Position numbers and translations under genes: made by a program
Notes under the pieces: model-generated
The model's database searches: none
What the model was told of the DNA's origin: nothing
Seen by the model: only the letters and a program-made list of their open reading frames with translations
Assembly (NCBI GenBank): GCA_964373135.1
Contig: CAYJTI010000002.1
Span: 1-28,019 of the forward strand
Reading direction: 5' to 3'
DNA length: 28,019 nt
Origin: an uncultured bacterium
Lineage (GTDB): Bacteria; Omnitrophota; Omnitrophia; Omnitrophales; JACQLI01
Shown: positions 16,186 to 23,810 of the stretch, piece by piece
How the letters are laid out: every line of letters starts with the position of its first letter
Numbering within the stretch: position 1 is the stretch's first letter

Positions 16186-17482
16186 AACGAAGGGCCTCCA
16201 CCGGATTGAGGCTGGCGGCCCGCTGGGCGGGATAAATCCCGGCCAGAATCGCCGTCAGGAGCGCCAGGGTCACAATGGTCGTCACATCCAAAAAGTTAAT
16301 CTCGGTCGGAATCCGGTCCAGGTAATAGATGTCGCTCGGGAAGACAGCGAGTCCGGTTGTCTCTTCCAGAAAATCCGCAATCGGATTCAAATTCCAGGCG
16401 GTGACAAGCCCCAAGATCGAGCCGAGAATCACCCCGAAGACCCCCACGCTGAATCCCTCCAACACAAAGATCTTTCGAACGCCGGCGCGCGTCGCCCCAA
16501 GCGCCCGCAGGATTCCAATATCCTTCGTCTTTTCCATGACGACCATAATCAAGGTGGACGAGATGTTGAAGGCCGCCACGAGCACAATCAGCGCGAGGAG
16601 AATGGTCATGACGTTTTTCTCCACCTGGAGCGCCGCAAAAAAGTTTCGATTCATGTCGACCCACGAACGGACCCAGTAATCGGCCCCCAGCTCAAACTGA
16701 AAAAATGACTTGAGCTCCTCGGCCTGGTCCACGTCCTTAAACCGCACACTGAGCCCGGTCACCCGGTTTCCCAAATGATAAAGGCGCTGTGCCTCCTCCA
16801 GGCTCACGAGCGCAAGCCCCGTGTCAAAATCGTTCATCCCGAGCCGAAAGATGCCCGCCACCCGGAAGGTCTTCGCCTCCGCCTCCTCCAGCGAAAAGGG
16901 CTTCCCCTCCTCCGCAAAGGGCGCAATGAGGGAGACCCGGTCATTCGGACCGACCCCCAAAATCTGGGCCAAGGGTTCTCCCAACACAATCGAGGGAACC
17001 ATCTGGCGTTCTGTTTTCTTAAAGAGGCCGAAGAAGCGCCGTTTGACTTGGACCTCCTCAATCGGCTCAAAATCAAGGACCCCCCAACGAAGACTCTCGC
17101 CAAAAATGGTGAGGTCCTCCCGGAAACGGTCAATCCCTTTGACAAGGACGCCCGTCGCATTCTCGGCCGAGCGAAGAATCGCCTGGCCCTGAACAAAGGC
17201 CGAAACATTTTCCATTTCGGCCTCCTTCCAAGAATGAATCTTTGCCATCACCGCCTCGGGGTCTTCCACGCCTCCTTCTCTTTCAATCCGGAGGTGGGGA
17301 TGAACGTTGACGATTTTCTCCTTGAGCTCCCGGTCAAACCCGCTCATGACGGCGAGGACCACAATGAGCGCCATGACCCCCACCGCCACGCCCAAAATCG
17401 AAATCAATGAAATGAGCGAAATAAACCCCGTCTTTCTCCGCCGGGTTAAATGTTTGAAGGCAATCCAGGATTCGTAATTCAT
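16178..17482 (-). CDS. lolC/E: LolC/LolE-family lipoprotein-releasing ABC permease
   Basis: GVAVGVMALIVVLAVMSGF TM1, a large periplasmic domain, VMEKTKDIGILRALGA, and C-terminal [18 protein letters not shown]. LolC and LolE cannot be distinguished by eye. Confidence 0.9.
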   Translation of the reverse strand: MNYESWIAFKHLTRRRKTGFISLISLISILGVAVGVMALIVVLAVMSGFDRELKEKIVNVHPHLRIEREGGVEDPEAVMAKIHSWKEAEMENVSAFVQGQAILRSAENATGVLVKGIDRFREDLTIFGESLRWGVLDFEPIEEVQVKRRFFGLFKKTERQMVPSIVLGEPLAQILGVGPNDRVSLIAPFAEEGKPFSLEEAEAKTFRVAGIFRLGMNDFDTGLALVSLEEAQRLYHLGNRVTGLSVRFKDVDQAEELKSFFQFELGADYWVRSWVDMNRNFFAALQVEKNVMTILLALIVLVAAFNISSTLIMVVMEKTKDIGILRALGATRAGVRKIFVLEGFSVGVFGVILGSILGLVTAWNLNPIADFLEETTGLAVFPSDIYYLDRIPTEINFLDVTTIVTLALLTAILAGIYPAQRAASLNPVEALRYE

Positions 17483-18906
17483 GCAGGCCTCAGCTGAGGA
17501 AAGAAAATGACCTCTCGGATGGACGGGCGGTTTGTGAGAATCATGACGAGCCGGTCGATTCCGATTCCCAGGCCGCCGGCCGGCGGCATGGCATATTCCA
17601 GGGCCGTGAGGAAATCTTCGTCCACCTGCTTATTGCCTCCGATAATCTCCGCCTGATTTTCAAGGCGTTCACGCTGAATCACCGGGTCATTCAATTCCGA
17701 AAAGGCGTTCGCGATTTCCATTTTTCCAATGTAAAGTTCGAACCGGTAGACGAGCTCTGGGTTTCCCTCCTTCGGTTTGGCCAAGGGCGTCAGGGCCGCC
17801 GGGTAGTCCACCACAAACGTCGGGTCCCAAAGCTCGGGCTCGACAACGTGGCCGAAGACGATATTCAGGACGTCCATCGCTTCGTCTGCCGGGTCAAATT
17901 CGATGCCGAGCCGTTTCGCCTCCTTTTTGATGTCGGCCTTCCGCCAGTCAACTTTTGTTTTCTCCCGAAGCGCCTCGTAAAAAGAGACTCGCCTCCAGGG
18001 CCTCTTGAAACGGACCGGCCGGTCCCCGTAGGTCAATTCGTCCCGGCCGTGAATCTTCTCCACCAAATTCGCCAGGAGCTCTTCCGTCAACGCCATCATA
18101 TCGGAATCATCGGCATAAGCCTGGTAGAGTTCGAGCATCGTGAATTCGGGGTTGTGCCGGACCGAAATCCCCTCGTTCCGGAAATTCCGGTTAATCTCAT
18201 AGATTTTCTCCAGGCCGCCCACGAGGAGCCGCTTGAGGTAAAGCTCCGGGGCGACCCTGAGGTAAAGGTCCAGATCGAGCGTTTCATGGTGCGTGGCAAA
18301 GGGACGGGCCCGGGCGCCGCCCGGAATCGGCTGCATCATCGGGGTTTCCACTTCGAGAAAACCCCGGCCGTCCAGAAACTGGCGAATCTCCCGGACAATC
18401 CGGCTTCGTTTGAGAAAGGCGTCCCGGACTTCTTCATTGACCAGTAAATCGACCGAGCGGTTTCGGTAACGGATTTCAACATCCTTGAGCCCGTGCCACT
18501 TTTCGGGGAGGACCCGGAGGATTTTCGAAAGGAGGGTGAAGGTCTCAATTCGAATCGTCCGCTCCCCCATCTTGGAGGTAAAAAGCGGCCCCTCCAATCC
18601 AATGATATCTCCCAGGTCTAAACTGAGAAACCTTTCATACTCCTTGGCCCCCAGAACCTCTTCTTTGGCGTAGAGCTGAATCTTACCGCTTCCATCTTTG
18701 AGGTCCGAGAAGGTGCTTTTCCCGTGGCTTCGCCGGGCCATGAGCCGCCCCGCCACCCGGACCTTTCGTCCTTCTTCGAACCGGCTCAAAATTCCTTCCA
18801 GCGGCTCCACCGGCAGAAATCGTCCGCCATACGGAGCCCTCCCCTCCTTGAGGTAGGCTTCGCGCTTCGCTTTCCTTTCTCGGAACAGCTCTGATTCCTC
18901 GCTCAT
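17479..18906 (-). CDS. lysS: Lysine--tRNA ligase (class II)
   Basis: OB anticodon domain (VAGRLMARRSHGK), LPEKWHGL, YLRVAPELYLKRL, FRNEG, EFTMLELY and GLGIGIDRL. The start is ATG 18906; the track's 41-aa extension translates the leader repeats. Confidence 0.98.
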   Translation of the reverse strand: MSEESELFRERKAKREAYLKEGRAPYGGRFLPVEPLEGILSRFEEGRKVRVAGRLMARRSHGKSTFSDLKDGSGKIQLYAKEEVLGAKEYERFLSLDLGDIIGLEGPLFTSKMGERTIRIETFTLLSKILRVLPEKWHGLKDVEIRYRNRSVDLLVNEEVRDAFLKRSRIVREIRQFLDGRGFLEVETPMMQPIPGGARARPFATHHETLDLDLYLRVAPELYLKRLLVGGLEKIYEINRNFRNEGISVRHNPEFTMLELYQAYADDSDMMALTEELLANLVEKIHGRDELTYGDRPVRFKRPWRRVSFYEALREKTKVDWRKADIKKEAKRLGIEFDPADEAMDVLNIVFGHVVEPELWDPTFVVDYPAALTPLAKPKEGNPELVYRFELYIGKMEIANAFSELNDPVIQRERLENQAEIIGGNKQVDEDFLTALEYAMPPAGGLGIGIDRLVMILTNRPSIREVIFFPQLRPA

Positions 18907-18940
18907 TCGTAAAATGCGTAAAATGGAATTTTTTCCGACT

Positions 18941-19127
18941 TGAGTTTGGCACTTTTTCAAATCATCCCTTCTCCCCCCAAGGGGGGAGAAGGTAAGGATG
19001 AGGGGGGTCGATTCTCGAAGTCCCCTCACCCTAACCCTCTCCCAGAGGGAGAGGGTAAATCAGAATTGGCTCCAATTTCTTTTCTCCCCTCCCTCTCAGA
19101 GGGAAGAGGGAAAAACTGCCAAACTCA
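18941..19127. repeat. 187-bp MITE/BIME-like element: three REP-like hairpins enclosed by 17-bp inverted repeats
   Basis: TGAGTTTGGCACTTTTT (18941-18957) vs AAAAACTGCCAAACTCA (19111-19127), 16/17 complementary. Inner hairpins at 18967-18992, 19034-19056 (within CCCCTCACCCTAACCCTCTCCC) and ~19082-19110. Confidence 0.85.
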
Positions 19128-19133
19128 GGTTTT

Positions 19134-21500
19134 CTAACTTAAACGGCTGATTATAGATGAGGCGGTTTGGGGTGTCAAAGTTTCTTTGGAAAGTTTGGAA
19201 AGTGCCCCAAACAGAGGGGCCTTCCCGAAGGGCTTGAGGAGAATCAGGATGAGGGGGAGCAAAACCAGGGTGCAGACGAGGGCGAAAAAGATGGTGAGGC
19301 TCGTCAAGAGGCCAAAATAAATCGTGGGACGAAAGCTTGCGAAGACGCTCGAGGCGAAGCCGAAGACCAAAATCAGAGTGGCCACGACGAGGGCCTGACC
19401 CACATTTCGGTAGGTGTGGTGCAGGGCCTGAAGGTAGTGGTGCCGATGGTCAAATTCGAAACGAAACCGGTAAAGAAAATGGACCGAGGCATCGACCACC
19501 AGGCCGAGGGCGACGCTCGAAATCATCGCCGTCGTCGTCGAAAGTTCTATCCCCGCCCAGCCCATGAGCCCGTAAAGGCCGAGAATCGGAAATAAGTTTG
19601 GGACGGCCGCAAGAAGTCCCATCATGAAGGAGCGGAAGAAGAAGGCGATGAGCGCCAAAATCAAGAAAAAGGTGAAGCCGAGGCTCTGGAGCTGATTGGT
19701 GACCAGCCGCTCGGCCATCTGACCCAGGAGGACGACGCTTCCCGTGAGACGGATTCGATACTCATCGCCAAAATTTTCTCTCACGTAACTCCAAATCTTT
19801 TCCTCCCTGACCCGCCCCTTTTCGGTGCCGATGGCCTTCATCCGGCCCTCGAGCGAGAGCCGGCGGAAATCCCGGGAAATAAAACTCCAAAAGTCCGGGT
19901 TGTTGGACTCTGCCATCTTCTCAAGGTAAGTTTGAAGGGTTTCCTCGTCTTCGGGAATGGCAAAGGCGGCCGCCTCTCCCTCTCTCGCTTCGTGAACCTT
20001 TTTGACCAGGAGCGGGAGGGAGTTCACCTTCGTGATTTCAGGCATTGCTTCCATAAATTGCGCAAAGGCATCGACCTTCTTCATCGTTTCGACGGTCACC
20101 ATCGGCCCCCGGTCTTTGCGCTCAATCGAAATCCCGAGCGAATAGACCCCGGCGAGGCGCTGGTCGATGAAACGGGTGGCGACGGCCAAGGCCGAGTCAG
20201 GACGGAGGTCACGAACCAGATTGGTGTCTATCCGGATTCTGGGGAGGCCGACGACCGCAAGAATCAAAAGAAGGGCGGCAATCGCCAGAAGAATCCACTT
20301 CAGGTGGAATTCAATCCGCTCGAGCGCGTAAACGATGATGCGGTTAAAGAAATGCTGCTCGCCCTCGGCCCGCCAATCCCCTTTCAACGGAAGGATGGGG
20401 AGAAGGAGAGGGGTCAGGACCATCGTAATGAGATACGAGTAAGAGGTCCCAATCGCAGCCGCCACGCCAAAGCTTTGGACCGCCGGGACCCGGTTGAGAC
20501 AGAGCGACAAAAATCCGGCCACGGTCGTAGCCGCCGCCAGGAAACAAGGAATCCCCAAGTGCTGAAGCGTGAGGCAAATGCACTCCCTCAAACTCGGGTG
20601 GTGCGGCCTCAGCTCACAAAAAAGATTAATGAGATGGACAACGCTCGTCACCGTCACAATCATCACCACAGGACCCAAAAGAGAATTGACCAGATTGAGC
20701 GGCCTTCCCATGAGGGAGACGGTCCCAAAGGTCCAAACGAGGGTGACAAAAACAACCGACATCGCCACAACGACGCTCGCCCCGTTCCGGTAAATCAGGA
20801 AGGTCGCCAGAATCAGAAAAAGCGCGACGGCGGGGATGAAGAAGGCCTGGTCTCTTTGAATCGAGTCGGTCAGGTCGTACTGCTCCACCGGCGAACCGGC
20901 CACATAAAAACGGACCCCCCGCCAGGAGAAGGACTTCAAGGTCCGGCGAAGCTCGCCAATGTAACCTTGAAGAAAGTTCGGGTCCTTCGGTTTGGCCCGG
21001 AGGCGTAAAAGGATGGCCCCCACCTTCCCGTCCCGGGAAACAAGGTTTCCTTGAATCAAGGGGTGGCGCAGGGCCTCTTCGCGAAATTCCTGAATCGATT
21101 TCTCCCCCTCGAAGACCCCCGAAATCAGGGGTTCGATCTTCACGCCGAAAATCTTGTGCCGGATGTCTAAGGCATTCGTCACGCTCACCACCCGGTCCAC
21201 CCGCCGGTCAGAGGCGAGGAGGCGTGTCAAGACATGTGTCAGGCGGAGGTTTGTGAGCGTGAGATAATCGGAGGTCTCAATCGCCACGGCCACCAAATGG
21301 TCGCTCCCGAAATTTTCCTTGAACTCCTGATAAAAGCGGTACTCGGGGGTGGTCTTCGTGAAAAGGGTTTCCGTGGAGGGGTCGATTCTGAGCGAGGTCG
21401 CCTCATAGCCAAAGAAAAGGGTGGCGAGGATGAAGGCCAAGAGAAGGGGCCAACGTAGGACGAATACCAAAACGGCGAATTTTCTGAACCCCTGACTCAC
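19134..21500 (-). CDS. MMPL/RND-family transporter
   Basis: 788 aa with the duplicated RND topology (1 TM, periplasmic domain, 5 TM, twice) and ALGLVVDASVHF in the second half. GTG start. Confidence 0.88.
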   Translation of the reverse strand: MSQGFRKFAVLVFVLRWPLLLAFILATLFFGYEATSLRIDPSTETLFTKTTPEYRFYQEFKENFGSDHLVAVAIETSDYLTLTNLRLTHVLTRLLASDRRVDRVVSVTNALDIRHKIFGVKIEPLISGVFEGEKSIQEFREEALRHPLIQGNLVSRDGKVGAILLRLRAKPKDPNFLQGYIGELRRTLKSFSWRGVRFYVAGSPVEQYDLTDSIQRDQAFFIPAVALFLILATFLIYRNGASVVVAMSVVFVTLVWTFGTVSLMGRPLNLVNSLLGPVVMIVTVTSVVHLINLFCELRPHHPSLRECICLTLQHLGIPCFLAAATTVAGFLSLCLNRVPAVQSFGVAAAIGTSYSYLITMVLTPLLLPILPLKGDWRAEGEQHFFNRIIVYALERIEFHLKWILLAIAALLLILAVVGLPRIRIDTNLVRDLRPDSALAVATRFIDQRLAGVYSLGISIERKDRGPMVTVETMKKVDAFAQFMEAMPEITKVNSLPLLVKKVHEAREGEAAAFAIPEDEETLQTYLEKMAESNNPDFWSFISRDFRRLSLEGRMKAIGTEKGRVREEKIWSYVRENFGDEYRIRLTGSVVLLGQMAERLVTNQLQSLGFTFFLILALIAFFFRSFMMGLLAAVPNLFPILGLYGLMGWAGIELSTTTAMISSVALGLVVDASVHFLYRFRFEFDHRHHYLQALHHTYRNVGQALVVATLILVFGFASSVFASFRPTIYFGLLTSLTIFFALVCTLVLLPLILILLKPFGKAPLFGALSKLSKETLTPQTASSIISRLS
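19150..19178 (-). promoter_or_regulatory. Perfect-consensus sigma70 promoter for the lysS operon, embedded in the MMPL gene's last codons
   Basis: Minus strand TTGACA (19178-19173), 17 bp spacer, TATAAT (19155-19150). Confidence 0.8.
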
Positions 21501-21524
21501 TTTGTGTTACTTTATTCTCCTTAA

Positions 21525-22637
21525 ATGTTAAGCGTCTGCCTAGCGTTATTTTATTCGGCTGTGGCCCTCGTCTGGCTCACCCGAGCGGGACGGGCCCTCC
21601 GCTTCCTCCGGAAATGTCCTGAAGTCCTTCCCTCGCAGGCTTCGCAAGACCCGCTTCCCCGAGTCTCGGTCCTCCTCCCGGTTAAAAATGAGGAGGTCAA
21701 TATCGAGGCGTGGCTCGCCCGTCTTTTGGCCCAGGATTCTCCCGCCGATGAAATTATCGTCACCAACGACCATTCCACTGACCGGACTCCGGAAATCCTG
21801 GCTCACTTCGAACGCCTGAATCCCGGCCGGCTTAAGCTCCTCGAGGCGCCGGCGGTCCCGGAGGGGTGGACGGGAAAAAATTGGGCCTTGGCCCAAGGCG
21901 AGCGGGAGGCCCAGGGGGAGTGGTTTCTTTTTACCGACGCCGACACCCGCTTTGAGCCCTTCACGATTTCGAGTGCCGTCCGTCATGCGGAAGCAAGGCG
22001 GCTTGATTTCCTCACCCTCTCGCCCCGCTGCCTCGTGGAAGGCTTTTGGGAAAAGTTACTCGAGCCCTTTGCGATGGCTTTTTTCGGACTCTGGTTTCCC
22101 CTGGAAAAGGCGAATGAACCCGATTCGACCGCCGTCTTTGGAAACGGACAGTACCTGATGATACTGAAGTGGCTTTGCCAGAAAATCGGCGGCCACGAGA
22201 AGGTGAAGGGAAGTTATTTGGAAGACTTCGCGCTCGCGAGGGAAGCCAAAAAGGCCGGCGCCCGGGTCGAGTGTGCGAGGGGGACGAAAATTTTCGGGAC
22301 CCGGATGTATCGCTCCTTTTCAGGAATCTGGCTGGGGTGGCGGCGAATCTTTCTTCATGCGTTTGACAAGAATGCCGTTCGTCTCGGGGCGAAGGCGGGG
22401 CTCCTCTTCCTATTTTCCTTTCTTCCCTTCGCCCTGTTTCCCTGGCTGGCTCCCTCGCCGCTTGCGGCGATTCCCGTCTTCGCCCTGATTTTTATCACAA
22501 GCGCCCGGGCCTATGCCCTCGTCGGAGCGCCCCAAGCTTATGCGCTCCTCCACCCCCTCGCCGGGCTCCTCCTGGGCGGAATCCTCCTCGATGCCGCCTC
22601 ACTCGCCCTCCGAAAAAAAGAAGTGACGTGGCGTTAG
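21525..22637 (+). CDS. Membrane-bound GT2 glycosyltransferase (HpnB/CruC/CrtQ-like lipid glycosyltransferase group)
   Basis: VSVLLPVKNEE, NDHSTDRT, GWTGKNWA, LFTDAD (DxD), GNGQY, LEDFAL, RMY, plus N- and C-terminal TM segments. Confidence 0.88.
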   Translation: MLSVCLALFYSAVALVWLTRAGRALRFLRKCPEVLPSQASQDPLPRVSVLLPVKNEEVNIEAWLARLLAQDSPADEIIVTNDHSTDRTPEILAHFERLNPGRLKLLEAPAVPEGWTGKNWALAQGEREAQGEWFLFTDADTRFEPFTISSAVRHAEARRLDFLTLSPRCLVEGFWEKLLEPFAMAFFGLWFPLEKANEPDSTAVFGNGQYLMILKWLCQKIGGHEKVKGSYLEDFALAREAKKAGARVECARGTKIFGTRMYRSFSGIWLGWRRIFLHAFDKNAVRLGAKAGLLFLFSFLPFALFPWLAPSPLAAIPVFALIFITSARAYALVGAPQAYALLHPLAGLLLGGILLDAASLALRKKEVTWR

Positions 22638-22712
22638 GTACCGGTTCTGCCGAACCGGTTCTGCAGGGGACAGTTTACAAATTTGTAAAGTGTCCCCTGC
22701 AGAACCGGTACC
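22638..22712. repeat. ACCGGT-family palindrome (56 bp, one mismatched pair) with a duplicated left arm, between convergent genes
   Basis: ACCGGTTCTGCAGGGGACA-G-TTTACAAATTTGTAAA-G-TGTCCCCTGCAGAACCGGT at 22654-22709, with an extra arm GGTACCGGTTCTGC at 22638-22651. Confidence 0.93.
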
Positions 22713-22715
22713 GAA

Positions 22716-23810
22716 TTAGAGGAGGATGTAGCCCGCCTCGATGGCGTAACGGACGATTTTTTTCAGGAATGCAAGGTCGGTATTCGGGAAGCGGATGGAA
22801 GTGTCTCGGAGAAACGTGCGGGTATTCGTGACATCGAAGGTGAGGGAATTTCCCAGGTAGCCCAGATAAGGCTGAATTTTAGAAAAAATTTCCCGCTCCA
22901 CGGCATCCAGCTTCTCCAGGGAAAATTTCTCGGGGTCAATCACCTCCACCGGCGAAGAGATTCCAAATTCCTCTTTCACCTGGAGGAGCATTTCCAAGGT
23001 GGGCGGATTTTCCGTGACGAGATGAAAGGTCCGGCCCTGGCTGTCCGAACGCCCGGAGAGCGCGAACGCCGCCTCGACGACAAAATCCATCGGCACCAAA
23101 TTGAAGGAATTTTCAAGCCGGGAAGGGACCTTTTTCAAAAGGCCGTGCGCAAAAAGGCGCCAAAAGGGATAAATGACGTTGAACTCACTCACCGCGCCCC
23201 GCTCCGAATCCCCCACGACAATGCTCGGCCGGAAAATCATCGCCGGAAGCCCCTCGGCCAACGCTTCGCGGACCCTTTTCTCGGCCAGATACTTCGTTGC
23301 CTCGTAATGATTGGCAAAGGCGGGCTCCGAGGGAAGCTCATCCTCGAGCGAGTGAAGGGGCGTAAAACTGCCCGCCACATAGGCCGTGCTGAAATAAATG
23401 AAACGCTCAAACGGCCCCCGCTCTTTCATCTCCCAGGCCGCTTCGAGCGCGTGACTCGTCCCTTGAAAATTAATCCGCTCGGCCGCCTCCCACTCGGCCC
23501 CCAGGTTGGTCAAGGCCGCGATGTGATAAAAGTCATGCGTGTGGGCGGTCACGAAATTCCAATCCGTCGTGCTGAGCCCGAGCCTCGGCTCGGTCACATC
23601 CCCCGCCAAAACCCGGATTCGGTCTTTCCCTTTTCCATTGACCCCGAGCTGGCTCAAGAGCCTTTCGGCCCGGGCCTCGTGGGAGTCCCCATTTTTCGAC
23701 CGGACGAGGAGGACGAGTCCGTGGCCGGTCCTTTCCAAAAAAACTCGGACCAACTCCCGTCCGATTCCCCCCGTGGCGCCGGTGAGAAAAACCGTCTTAC
23801 GCCCCATCAT
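22716..23810 (-). CDS. Extended SDR, fatty-acyl/thioester reductase-like (NAD_binding_4 type)
   Basis: FLTGATGGIG, LVLLVR, GDVTEPRLGL, YFSTAYVAG, YEATKY (YxxxK) and IFRPSIVVG. GGAG lies 5 nt before ATG 23810. Confidence 0.88.
   Translation of the reverse strand: MMGRKTVFLTGATGGIGRELVRVFLERTGHGLVLLVRSKNGDSHEARAERLLSQLGVNGKGKDRIRVLAGDVTEPRLGLSTTDWNFVTAHTHDFYHIAALTNLGAEWEAAERINFQGTSHALEAAWEMKERGPFERFIYFSTAYVAGSFTPLHSLEDELPSEPAFANHYEATKYLAEKRVREALAEGLPAMIFRPSIVVGDSERGAVSEFNVIYPFWRLFAHGLLKKVPSRLENSFNLVPMDFVVEAAFALSGRSDSQGRTFHLVTENPPTLEMLLQVKEEFGISSPVEVIDPEKFSLEKLDAVEREIFSKIQPYLGYLGNSLTFDVTNTRTFLRDTSIRFPNTDLAFLKKIVRYAIEAGYILL

Noticed and set aside
18908-18925. 9-bp tandem CGTAAAATG x2 just upstream of the lysS start
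   Set aside because: Two short copies with no other occurrence noticed; too weak to call an operator.
4842-19029. ORF-track N-terminal extensions of ispDF (to 4976), clpC (to 13172) and lysS (to 19029)
   Set aside because: They translate REP hairpins or overlap the upstream gene; family-typical N-termini begin at the downstream ATGs.
18907-19143. T-box riboswitch in the lysS leader (also considered before gltX and cysS)
   Set aside because: No T-box consensus (AGGGTGGNACCGCG-like) or terminator/antiterminator pair was seen; the structure is explained by REP-like hairpins.
759-19410. Isolated ACCGGT hexamers (e.g. 759, ~12889, ~14915, ~17742, ~19406) as repeat-family members
   Set aside because: Single 6-mers without the GGTACCGGTTC arm or a partner arm are expected by chance in GC-rich sequence.
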